Below, in pieces: positions 1 to 12,390 of a stretch of DNA of 64,000 bases. Position numbers and translations under genes: made by a program. Position 1 is the first letter of the stretch, and each line of letters begins with the position of its first letter. The stretch comes from Octopus sinensis (taxonomy: Eukaryota). The stretch lies in NCBI RefSeq assembly GCF_006345805.1, contig NC_042998.1, positions 163,122,001 to 163,186,000 on the forward strand. The letters run 5' to 3'. Below the pieces are notes generated by a model, which was not told the origin of the DNA, did no database searches, and saw nothing but the letters and a program-made list of their open reading frames with translations.

Positions 1-175
1 GTGTTGTACCCGACACAGGCATAGGTGCTTTTTACATGGCACCAGTACAGATGCTTTCTCTGTGATATTGGCATAGGTGCTTCATACATGGCACTGGTAC
101 AGGTGTTTTTTCATGGTGCTGACACAGGTACTTTTTACGTGGCACCAACACAAATATATTTTATGTGGCACTGGC
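1..175 (-). mobile_element. Partial SINE-like repeat (family D, internal GTGCTTTTTACGTGGCACC minisatellite region), truncated by window edge
   Basis: Repeated gtgctttttacatggcacc-type motifs shared with copies at 3176, 4760 and 52140. Confidence 0.5.
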
Positions 176-217
176 ACATATATACATACATAAAAACACA
201 CACATTCACACACACAT

Positions 218-249
<32 letters not shown>

Positions 250-720
250 GCACATGCGTATTTATGCAGAAGTTTCAGAACAGACAAGCATTTAACATTG
301 GGACCAAAAGCTATAAGAACCTTGAATCGGATGCCACTGCATTGTATGAAATGGCCCACACTCTCCATAAAGAGTATGGATCCAAAATTAGTTACAGCTT
401 AAGGTTCAAGGGCCCCTAGCTGTCAATACCTTGCCAAAATTCCTTAGAAGTCTATGGGGTGTAGGTATGAATGTATTCAAAAATCACTTTGGCAAATTTT
501 CATCTGAGATCCCACATGTCCCAGATGAACAAATTTTACAGCTAGAAACGCAAATAAGAGTAATGTTGTTGTTCAACTCACTGATGCATCAGAACTAAAC
601 AGAGAGAAGATGTTAAAGTGAAATAAACTAGCAATCACATCAATAGGGTGCCCTGTCACTTGTATGATTGTAAACTTTACTTGAAACAAGTAAAAAAGTA
701 AGTGTATATATATATATATA

Positions 721-1003
721 TATGAGGAAAAAGAAGAAAATGGAGAAATTTATGTACAGACATCAGTTTATTCAATGATATTCAAATCAATATAATATAA
801 AATTCTTATCCCTACAGCTGTTTCTATATCCAGTTGGTTCAATTAGAGAAATTAAATCAAATTAATTTAATTTTATTCTCTAATTGAACTAATTGGATAT
901 GAAAATGGCTGTAGGGATAAGAATTTCATTTGATTTGAATATCTTTGAATAAACTGATGTCTATACATCAATTTCTCCATTTTCTTCTTTTTTCTCATTC
1001 ATA
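721..1003. repeat. ~280-bp imperfect foldback (inverted repeat) next to (TA)n, probably PLE pseudo-LTR derived
   Basis: Left arm gaaaaagaagaaaatggagaaatttatgtacagacatcagtttattcaatgatattcaaatc matches the reverse complement of the right arm; the left arm reads GAAACAGCTGTAGGGATAAG on the minus strand (3' half of a hammerhead). Confidence 0.8.
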
Positions 1004-1192
1004 AATATTTTAAATACCAATATACATCAATGCAAGGCTAAAGTATTTAGCTTTCACTGAAAACTGGTATAAACCAGAGAACTAGGATGCAAACATCCCT
1101 TAAAGGATTGTAGGTCTTTGGCATGATTAAATCATATATATATCTTTATATATATATGTATTTATATATATGTATGTATGTATATATATATA

Positions 1193-1223
<31 letters not shown>

Positions 1224-1248
1224 GATATATATATATAATATATTTATG

Positions 1249-1281
<33 letters not shown>

Positions 1282-1453
1282 GATATATATATATATATGG
1301 AAAAATATTCAAGATAGAAAATACAAAAATAATTTTATAAAAAAACATTTCAGTACTGGTTTCAGTCATTGACACTTTTTCAACTGTAACTATGGAAAAC
1401 ATTAAATTTTGGAAAAATTAAAAGAAAAGTTTTTTAAAAGAATATTTGCATAG

Positions 1454-1487
<34 letters not shown>

Positions 1488-2234
1488 ATATATATATATA
1501 TGTATGTAAGTATGTATGTATGTAGGTATGTATGTATGTATGTATGTATGTATGTATGTATGTATGTATGTATGTATGTATGTATATTTAAAAATAGACA
1601 GTGTTGATTTTTATGTATTGCGATATGAAAATGTTAAAAATCCTTGTGATATTAGAAATGTGTAAAGTTTATCATATATAAACAGGATTTGATAGTTGGA
1701 CATAAGCTTTTCATGCTATCCACTTTATTGGTGCCTGCACCCATTAACATAGAGCACAAGTGGGTACAGTCAATCATAAGGTCGATTGCACAAAACTTTT
1801 AGCACAAGATATGTAACCATGTTTAAGTTAATATAACCAACACATAAATACATGTGTGTGCCTGTGCATGCTTGTATGTGTGTGTGTGTGTATATGTACA
1901 TACATCTATCTATTTATTTATCTCTCTCTCTCTCCCTCTCTCTCTCTCTCTCACTCCTATATACATATACGTTTGTTTGTGTTGTTATACTTGAGGATGG
2001 TCATTTTTATTTTTGCTAAATAAACACACACTATACATTTTTTCTTCACTTCAGCTTTGTTGTTATACTTATTTTAGGCTCCTTTGTCTGAAATCTTTTG
2101 TCACACATTCTGTGGCCTCTTCAGTGACTCTCCGTCCCACAAGTCTCCTCCTTATTTCTTTATTGCCCACACAGGGCTACACACAGAGGGGACAAACAAG
2201 GACAAACTAATGGATTAAGTCTATTATATTAACC

Positions 2235-2393
2235 ACAGTGTGTAACTGGTACTTATTTAATTGACCCTGAAAGGATGAAAGTCAAAGTCAATCTCAGTGG
2301 AATTTGAACTCAGAACGTAAAGACAAAATACCTCTAGTATTTCGCCCCCCCCCCCTCCCCCCCGCATGCTTACATTTCCACCAGCTCGCCACG
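2235..2393 (-). mobile_element. tRNA-derived SINE, family B (head GGCGAGCTGGCAGAA...TTCTGAGTTCAAATTCC)
   Basis: Reverse complement of the family B head and body seen at 10830 and 49462. Confidence 0.7.
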
Positions 2394-2484
2394 GTCTCCT
2401 CCTGTCCTGCTTAATCCATTCTGTCTTTCTCTGGTGTGACAACCATAGAAAGATATATATTTATAATATATATATATATATATA

Positions 2485-2870
2485 TATTACCTGCTTCATT
2501 AGACAACAGCCATGCTGGGACACCACCTTGAAAGATTTCATTAAACAAATTGAGCCTAGTACTTTTATAATTATTATATCAGTCTCCATTTGCGGAACTG
2601 CTGTTTAGGGGATGTACATAAACCAACACTGGTTGTCATGCAGTGTGGTGGTGCAGAAACATAAATTTACTCACACATAGCTATATACGTATATGTACAA
2701 CAGGTGTCTTTTAGTTTCCATCTCCATATCCACCCGCAAAACTTTGACTGGCTCAGAGCTATAGTAGAAGACACTTTCCCAAGATGCCATGCAGAGAGTC
2801 CAAAACCAGAACCATGTCATTGGGAAGAAAGCTTCTTACCACATAGCCACACCTGCATCTCACCTATATA
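2485..2870 (-). mobile_element. tRNA-derived SINE, family A (head GGAGTGGCTGTGTGGTAAG...GGTTCAGTCCC, central CA/TA microsatellite)
   Basis: Similar along its length to copies at 11505, 19665, 30057 and 62148. Confidence 0.7.
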
Positions 2871-3175
2871 AATGTAGTTTTTCTTTTGTGCATATGTATA
2901 CATGCAAGAACATACAGTGTCCACATATATTCCATAAGCAGATACTTTACACCATTTTGAAATCAATAAATAAAGTATAGTACTAGTACAAACCGTTTCC
3001 TTTCACTTTACATAGATGTGAGCATATGCATTGATAGGAATAATTAAATTGAGATTTCAGTTGGTAATTTTATTAATATGTCATTTTCATTATGATAATT
3101 AGAAGATTAATAATAATAATAATAATAATAATATAATAATAATATAATAATAATAATAATAATCATCATCATCAT

Positions 3176-3690
3176 CGTCGTGTAACGTCCGTTCTCCATG
3201 CTAGCATGGGTTGGACGGTTCGACCGGGGTTCTGGGAAGCCAGAAGGCTGCACCAGGCTCCAGTCTAATTTGGCAATGTTTCTACAGCTGGATGCCCTTC
3301 CTAACGCCAACCACTCCGTGAGTGTAGTGGGTGCTTTTTACGTGCCACCTGCACAGGTGCCAGGCGGGGCTGGCAACGGCCACGGTCAGATTGGTGTATT
3401 TTATGTGCCACCGGCACGGAAGCCAGTCGAGGCGGTGCTGGCATCGGCCACGAGTCGGATAGTGCTTTTTACGTACCACCAGACCAGGGATCCTGGCTGG
3501 TTCAATTCGATTTCGATTTCGCTTGCCCCAACATGTCTTCACAAGCAAAGGGGGTTGGCAAGGGTGCCTGTCGTACGGTCGCATTGGAGTATTTTACGTG
3601 CCACGGCCACAAGTCAGATAGTGCTTTTTACGTACCACCAGACCAGGGATCCTGGCTGGTTCAATTAGGGATCCTGGCTGGTTCAATAAT
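3176..3690 (-). mobile_element. SINE-like repeat family D with (GAT)n tail and internally duplicated minisatellite-like segments
   Basis: catcatcgtcgtgtaacgtccgttctccatgctagcatgggttggacgg is the reverse complement of the 3' end seen at 5020-5088 and 52380-52455; ~50-bp segment gatagtgctttttacgtaccaccagaccagggatcctggctggttcaatt is duplicated. Confidence 0.7.
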
Positions 3691-3705
3691 AATAATAATA
3701 ATAAA

Positions 3706-4025
3706 ATGAGGAGTGCCATTGTTATGTAGTGAATGATATTTCAACATCTTGTGTGTCTTCAACTGGTTCAAAAAATAAATTTGTCAATCTACTTCATTTT
3801 GGTTAATATACATAAAGGATTGATGTAACTCCTCCTGAAGATATAGAGTCAAAATAAAAAAAAAAGACACAAGATATTGAAATATCGTTCACTAGATAAC
3901 AATGGCACTCTTCTTTTAATTTTGACTCTATATCTTCAGGAGGAGTTACATCAATCCTTTATGTATATTAACCAAAATGAAGTAGATTGACAAATTTAGA
4001 TTTTGAACCAGTTGAAGACACACAC
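3706..4025. repeat. Interleaved inverted repeats, arrangement A-B-A'-B'
   Basis: A (3706-3755) is inverted at ~3866-3913; B (~3748-3856) is inverted at ~3914-4025. Confidence 0.8.
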
Positions 4026-4234
4026 CACATGGTTTTGAGTTCAGTCCCACTGCATGGCATCTAGGGGAAGTATCTTCTGCTATAGTCTCAAGCTGACCAA
4101 TGCCCTGTGAGTGAATTTGGTAGACAGAAACTGTGTGGCAGCCAGGGAAAAAAAAATGGAATTCGTGAGATTTGTTAATCTCGTAGTGATTAATAAAGAA
4201 TTTCATGAATTCCATTTTGACTTTCTCTCATATG

Positions 4235-4280
<46 letters not shown>

Positions 4281-4450
4281 ATGTGTGTGTGTGTGTGTTT
4301 TCTTTCCAGCCACATGGTCCTGGGTTCAGTCTCACTGTGTGGCACCTTAGGCTAGTGTCTTCTACTATAGCTTTGGGTTGACCAAAGCCTTGTGAGTGGA
4401 TTTGGTAGATGGAAACGGAAAGAAGCCCATCATGTATGTATGTATGCATA
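4026..4450 (+). mobile_element. Two partial family A SINE heads
   Basis: accacatggtt...ttcagtcccactg...gcaagtgtcttctactatagc motifs at ~4026-4150 and ~4303-4435. Confidence 0.6.
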
Positions 4451-4759
4451 TACATACCTGTCTGTGTTTGCCTTTCAAGTGCTGTGTTTTTACTGAGATC
4501 TCCCTTTTAGTAGAAAGAATAGCTATAACTCTTTGACTGCTATTTCTAAATTCGGTGTGTGGTGAGGCAATTCGTTGCTAAACCCTTAATTGCTTAGTAT
4601 TACTTAAATTTTCCTCGAATGAGACTTTTACATGCCGAAATCTACTTGGTGTAATTAATAATTATTCCAAATTAATTAATTTCACCCTTTATTGTTACTG
4701 ATAACCATATACATATATATATATATATATAATATATATATATATATATGTAAGAGAAC

Positions 4760-5088
4760 TTTCCGTTTCGCGACCGTTGCCAGCACCGCCCCGTTTCGTG
4801 TCCGTTGCCAGCCTCGCCTGGCCCTCGTGCCGGTGGCACATAAAAAGCACCATCCGTTCGTGGCCGTTTGCCAGCTCTGTCTGGCACCAGTGCGGGTGGC
4901 ACGTAAAAAGCACCCACTACACTCACGGAGTGGTTGGCGTTAGGAAGGGCATCCAGCCGTAGAAACACTGCCAGATTTGACTGGGCCTGATGAAGCTTCT
5001 GGCTTCACAGACCCCAGTTGAGTTGAACCGTCCACCCATGCTAGCATGGAAAACGGACGCTAAATGATGATGATGATGATGATGATGA
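4760..5088 (+). mobile_element. SINE-like repeat family D with (GAT)n tail
   Basis: aaaagcacccactacactcacggagtggttggcgttaggaagggcatccagc...gctagcatggaaaacggacgctaaatgatgatgat. Confidence 0.7.
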
Positions 5089-6760
5089 TATACATACATG
5101 CATACATGCATACATACATACATACATACATATATATATATACTTGTGTGTTTGTCTTTGTTTGTCCCCGCTTCATTGCTTGACAACAAATTTTGGTGTG
5201 TTTACATCCCCACAACTTAGTGGTTCAGCAAAACAGACCAATAGAATAAGTACTAAGCTTAGAAAGAATAAGTCCTGAGATTGATTTGTTCAATAAAACC
5301 CCTTAAAGTGGTGCTCCAGCATGGCCAAAGTCAAATGGCTGAAACAAGTAAAAGAGTAAAAGCATAAGTGTCACCCAGTGTGACACTTTTATGGAGGTTG
5401 GCAAATTTAAGGGCCATCTTAGGCAGCACACACTCTAGCTATGCTAGTGCATGATAGATAGGTCAAAAGATAGAGGTCAGACTAATATGGACCACTTATT
5501 CCCAGAAGTAAAAATGGGTTTGCATAGGACCAACACACCTTCCTAGAAAAGCAATGTTATAGAAGCATTGGTGACAATTCAAAACTGACAAGACCTGAGA
5601 GAGGAAGGCCGTTCTTCAGGGAAATATATGATGTGGGTACCCCATACAATGAGCCAGTATCCCTAAGAAAACACAGAGTTAAGAACAGCAAAGAAAAGTC
5701 ATCATTGGCTTTTGTCCTACAGAGAATGAAGGGTTTACATAAAGGCAAAGCAACATAGTATACAGTGTTCGTTGCTAATTTATGACACGACAGTGGGATC
5801 TGATGGAAAACTAGCTATTATTTCTAGCATATAGATAGACCAAATAGACTGGCAAGCATAATATCAGTGATGGTATAAGAAGAGGCAAGTCAGTAAAGTG
5901 GCACCTAGATAGACAGAGATGACATGAGAACGAGTTAAAGTGAACATGTAGAAGCCACAATAGAAGTGGTAGAAAAATGCAGAGAGCAGACACAGCAACA
6001 TCTGTAGGTCAGATGCTGAAGTGTCTCAATGAGTGATTTCCTCTCAATTAGTCACTTGCAATTTCCTTCCATGAGATCTCGACTGTCCATGTGTGTGGTA
6101 AGTAGCCTGCACTGTCTCAAACGAGGAAACAGTACTTTCATTTTGAATCCAATCTGAGTTCTACAGAACATCATAGTCACATAGTTTACTTCTTAATAAT
6201 TTAACTAAACCTGTGCCCTGTATTGAGATAAAATACATAGGACACCGTGCTGTTTTTTATAATTCATTAAAAATAGTGGAGATGTAGTAAGAGTGTAGAG
6301 ATGTATTCACTGCACAACCATAATATATGTCCATCATAATGTATAGTATGTAAATGTGTAATAAAATTGAAAGCAAAATATTGGTGGGATTAGAATAGTT
6401 TCTGAGTGACTAAGTGAAAGGGATATAGAAAGGGTTCATACATGCATACATACATGCATGTATGTATGCATGCATATGTGTATATATATATATATATAAA
6501 TACACATGCACACACACAAACATACACACATACATGTATAGATACATACACACACACACACAAAATATATATATATAATATATATATATATATAATATAT
6601 ATACATATACATGTAAAGAAATATATACATAAATACACATATATACATATATACATAAATATACTCACACACATGCACTTACATACTTACACATATGTAA
6701 ACCCATGTATATACATGCATTTATAGATGAGTATGCACATTATATGCATACATCTATTCA

Positions 6761-6799
<39 letters not shown>

Positions 6800-6933
6800 T
6801 ACATACACACACACTTACATATGTGTGTGATTGTATGTTGCAAGTGCAACAGCAGATAGTCAAATGTCGTTCTGTATGATTTATTGCATACTTATATGCA
6901 TATATATATATATATAAATATACATACATACAT

Positions 6934-6974
<41 letters not shown>

Positions 6975-8455
6975 CACTCATATATGCATGTATGTAATAA
7001 ATCATACAGAACGACATTTGACTATCTACTGTTGCACTTGCAACATACAAGTACAATCACACATGTACATCATGTACACATGTATAGACGTGTACAAACA
7101 TGCATGCATGCGCACACAAATGTGCATAAAACCCATTACTTTGACCTTTATAACAGAAGGATTTTCAATCAAAAGTTTACCTTCTTTATAACGCAGGAAT
7201 AAAAGGACAGCCAAAAGTGAAGAACAACAACAACAAGAACATCACAACAGCTACTACTGATGATGATGACAACACTGCCACCACCAACTGATGGGGATGA
7301 TGATGATGATGATAATTGTCTTTAATAAAAAAAAAATTGGCTACAAAGAGCAAGGACAAAGTAAAGGTGTCTAATAGATTAGTCACTTCAAGCTCTTAAG
7401 GTGGCATTATTGCCAGGCTGTTGTAATAGGACAATAGATATCCAATAACTTATCTATCTCGCCCTTTCTCTTACCGATTTTCCTCTCTCCTTTATTCCCT
7501 CTCTGACTCTCTTTCTCCCTCATTATCTCCTATCCCCTGTTTTCTCTCTCTCTCTCTCTCTCTCTCCCTCTCCCTTCCTTTCTCTCTCTCTGTTTCCCCA
7601 GTCAGCTAATGTTCTAGCTTGGCTGAAACCGGACTGCGTTAGCATTATTTTTGTCCGAGAACATCAAACCAATAGTTTTGGTTTGGATTATCAGAAAACT
7701 CCAGCAACAATGAACTGAGTTCACCAATCCCACTGCTAAAACCGAAATAAAAGACAAAATTTATGGAGTAAACCAAGACCCATACCTTAGACACATTTTT
7801 GGGGGCCAAAGTGTCATTTTGTTTCTTTCCTTCATCATCCTATTCTCTTTCTTTGTTGTTCTCTTTTTTGTTTTGTTCTATTATTACCTTTTTTTTTTTT
7901 GGACACCGTTTTCTTTTTTCTTCTTCTTCTTCTGTCTATTTTACCTTCAGTTCAAGAATTATTCTCTTCATTGATGGATAGATGGATGTATCTTTGCATA
8001 GTTTTATGCAACAAAAGACTGCAGGGAGAAACACTATTGTCACAGCTAAACCTTGTTCATTGTCCGATTTACACCATTAGCAATTACAGGTACCATTCCG
8101 GCAGCAATATACGGCCAATTATTCCATTTTACAACTCCCATACACTAATAGAATCTCTTCTTGATATTTCAGCCACCACCATCACCACCACCAACACCAC
8201 TACCACCACCACCACCACCACCACCACCACCACTGCAGTCCATCTCATGACCAGTGCTATGAATAAGAACACATTCTGCATCTCTGTGAATGTATATATA
8301 TATATATTTGTGTGTGTGTGTGTTTATGCTTCTGTGTATATATTATATGTATATGTTTGGGTGTATATATCACGTATATATGTATGTATATATACGTTTG
8401 TGAGTGTATTTATATATGTATGTATGTTTGTATGTATATGTATGTGTGTATATAT

Positions 8456-8493
<38 letters not shown>

Positions 8494-8808
8494 TGTACGT
8501 ATGTATGTATATGTGTACATATCATATATATGTATGCATCTGTGTGTGTGTGTATGTGTGTGTGTGTGTATATATATACACACACATATATATATGTGTA
8601 ATATCATATATATAGATATACATATATAATTATCTAGCTAGACACACACACATATACAGACATATATATACATTACACACACGCACACATATATGATATA
8701 TATATATATATATATATACATACATATGTATGTATGTATATATCTATGTATGTATGCATGCATGTATGTATATATTAATATATAATATATATATATATAT
8801 ATATATAC

Positions 8809-8856
<48 letters not shown>

Positions 8857-9171
8857 TGTATGTATGTATCTCAGTGAAGCAGACAAACAAAGAATGTGTC
8901 TAATCTCATCCCCTCTTGTGTTCTGGCTGCTATAGTCCATTCCATTTCAGACCTAATGGTAAAGCTGGTGATGTGTAAATTTATCCAAGACCCAAAGCTG
9001 GAACCATGGCCATAAAAGGTTAGAAAGGTACTTAGTTTTTATATGATGGTTACACCACATTTCCCAAAGCTGTTTTCAGTAGGGAGAAAGGTTTTTCTAT
9101 GGACAGATAGTAGATGCATGTAAACACATACATACATACATGCATACATACTCACATATATGTGTATACAG

Positions 9172-9213
<42 letters not shown>

Positions 9214-9328
9214 TATATATATAGAATATATATAATATACACACATACTTATGTGTATTTATCTAGTTATTTTTATTATTTTCTTTGTGTCTGTACAAAA
9301 ATGTGTGTATATTTGATGCAAATGTGCA

Positions 9329-9376
<48 letters not shown>

Positions 9377-9458
9377 GTATGTATGTATATATGTATTTGT
9401 ATGATGCATATACATATGTATTTATACATGCACACACTTGTGTAGATATGTGTATGTG

Positions 9459-9492
<34 letters not shown>

Positions 9493-9738
9493 CGTACATG
9501 TATAATATATATATATATATATATCTGTATATATCTGTATATATACATGTATATATATGTGTTTATATGTGTGCATGTGCATATATATATGCACACAGAA
9601 ACACGCCCACTCTTTTTCTCTATATCTACTTAACTGTATATCTATCTTTCTATCTTCACCTTTTTATTTAGACACTCATTTGCCCTTCCATGCATCTGTC
9701 TATCTGTTCATCCACCCACACACCTATCTATCTGTCTG

Positions 9739-9831
<93 letters not shown>

Positions 9832-10643
9832 TTATTTATTTATCTATCTATCTATCTATCTATATCCCTATATCATATTTTTATCTATCTACTTCATCCT
9901 ATTTCCATTTCTCCCTTTACTGCTGATCCATCAAACAATTGATCTCTATCCTTCTAAATACTGGTGCTGTCTTGAGAAGAAATGGTAACACAGAATGGCT
10001 CTGAACAAATGGATTGCCTTAACTGTTCACGGTGCAGAAATCAGAAGCTATGGAAGAAAAGACCTAAGGATCAAATCTAATTGTCACTTTATACAAAAAA
10101 AAAAAGAGCAGATATATTCTTTTGTGTTGTTACTAGTTTCAGCCAGTTTATATGATTCTGCCCATACTGGGGCATTGCTTTCTGCCTATATGTCCATGTG
10201 TATTTATATATTTGTCTGTTGTATGTGAATATTTGTGCATATGTATATATATATTTATGTGTATGTATGTGTATATATGTAAGTGTTGTGTGTGAATACA
10301 TGTGTGTGATGTGTAAATATTATGTGTGTGTGTGTATTTATAAAGAAAGAGTAATGTGTTGTATGTGATTAATATGTGCATTGTGTGTAAATATTTGTGT
10401 GCATGTGAATATATGTATTGTGTGTGAATGTTTGTGTGTTCTATGTGTATGTGCATGCAGGTGTGAACATGTATAATTTTTGTATGTTACATATATGTAT
10501 ATATGTGTAAACATATGTGTGTATACATATACATGCATTTTGTTGCCTTTTTCAATTCATACACATAATGCAGTAAGCTACATGGATTGTAGAATTACAA
10601 AGCATACTACAGTGTAGGCCCAAACAAGTCAAACTTTCTTTAG

Positions 10644-10751
10644 TAGCATCAATCCTACTCGGTATTTCTCCTCTGGTGGGACAAATGTCCTTGGATGGTA
10701 CTAAAGTATTTGTGACTACTAGTGAAGGGAATATTATGGAAACCACTGATT
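10644..10751 (+). CDS. Candidate internal exon, phase 1-1, product unknown ((V)ASILLGISPLVGQMSLDGTKVFVTTSEGNIMETTD)
   Basis: Acceptor aactttctttag, donor gtatgt, 108 nt (multiple of 3), one open frame; no homology recognised. Confidence 0.2.
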
Positions 10752-10829
10752 GTATGTAATCAGTGAAGGCCAGAGTGTTTTTAGTTAACAGTAACTCATT
10801 GATAATATTATGCAGAGAATAGGGCAATG

Positions 10830-11265
10830 AGCAGGCAGAATCATTAGCATGCCGGGCGAAATGCTTAGCGGTATTTCGTCTGCCATTATGTTCTGAGTTC
10901 AAATTCCGCAAGGTCGACTTCGCCTTTCATTCTTTCGGGGTCAATAAATTAAGTACCAGTTATGCACTGGAGTCAATGTAATTGACTTAATCCCTTTGTA
11001 TGTCCTTCTTTGTCCCCTCTATGTTTAGCCCCTTGTGGGCAATAAAGAAATAAGAATCATTAGCACACCAGGCAAAATGCTTAGCAGCATTTTGTCCATC
11101 TTTACATTCTGAGTTCAAAATCCACTGAGGTGGACTTTGCTTTTCATCCTTTCTCGATCAATAAATTAAGTACCAGTTGAACACTGGGGTGAAGGTAATT
11201 GACTTACCCCAACCCCCCGAAATTGCTGGCCTTGTGCCACAATTTGAAATCAATATTATGCAGAG
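10830..11265 (+). mobile_element. Two adjacent family B SINE copies
   Basis: gcagaatcattagcatgccgggcgaaatgcttagcggtatttcgtctgcc...gagttcaaattcc...aataaagaaata, followed by a second head. Confidence 0.75.
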
Positions 11266-11504
11266 GATAGAACAATACATTGAATATGTTTTGGGCCAAC
11301 AAGTTTTGCTAATAATAACTGTGTGACTACATTACACTGTGTTTATAAAAAGCAGGTTCTGCTGTGCAGATGAAAGTTATACATCTATAATCTCTTTCCC
11401 ATGCATAGCAGGGGTGAAGAGTAGATGTATGCAACACATGCACTGCATGTCTTACTACTCTTCTGTGATAAATAATTTTTGTATAATATATAATTGATTA
11501 TTAC

Positions 11505-11895
11505 TCTTTTACTCTTTTACTTGTTTCAGTAATTTGACTGTGGCCAAGCTGGAGCACCACCTTCAGTCGAGCAGATTGACTCCAGGACTTATTCTTTGTA
11601 AGCCTAGTACTTATTTTATCGGTCTCCTCTGCTGAATCGCTAAGTTACGGGGACATAAACACACCAGCATCAGTTGTCAAGCAATGTTGGAGAGACAAAT
11701 ACACACACACACACATATATATACATAGATACGACGGGCTTCTTTCAGTTTCCGTCTACCAAATCCACTCACAAGGCTTTGGTCAGCCCGAGGCTATAGT
11801 AGAAGACACTTACCCTAGGTGCCATGCAGTGGGACTGAACTCAGAACCATGTGGCTGGTAAGCAAGTTACTTACCACACAGTCACTCCTGCACCT
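11505..11895 (-). mobile_element. Family A SINE, near full length
   Basis: tactcttttacttgtttcag...gacgggcttctttcagtttccgtctaccaaatccactcacaaggc...ttaccacacagtcactcctgc. Confidence 0.8.
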
Positions 11896-11999
11896 GACAA
11901 TTTTCACTAGATTCATTGTAGTCATATTTGCTTTAATTTTGCATTCCTTCATTTCTTAGTATAAAGACAGAGAGAGAGAGAGAGACAAAGGAAAGCAAA

Positions 12000-12390
12000 T
12001 TTTTTACTGCTTGTTTCCATCAGTAGATAGTGGTCAAGCTGGAGCACCACCTTAAATAATTTTTAGTCAAACAAATCTACCCCAGTACTTTTTTTAAAGC
12101 TTGGTGCTTATTCTTTTGGTCTCCCATGCTGAACTGCTAAGTTACAGGAACATAAATGCATGAATGGTAGTTGTTAAGGTTTAGTGATGGACAAACACAA
12201 ACACAAGGACACACACAAAGACACACACACACATATATATATATAATGGGTTTTTTTTTTCAGTTTCCCTCTATCAAGTCCATTCACAAAGTTTTAGTTG
12301 GCCCAAGGCTATAGGAGAAGACACTAGTAGAGGACTTGACCTGGAACCATCTGGTTGGGAAGCAAACTTCTTACCACGCACTAATGCTTG
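12000..12390 (-). mobile_element. Family A SINE, diverged
   Basis: Same motif order as the 11505 copy. Confidence 0.65.

Noticed and set aside
5500-5760. Open + strand stretch DQHTFLEKQCYRSIGDNSKLTRPERGRPFFREIY...KAT*
   Set aside because: Weak acceptor and no recognised family; could be a decayed TE, so not supportable as an exon
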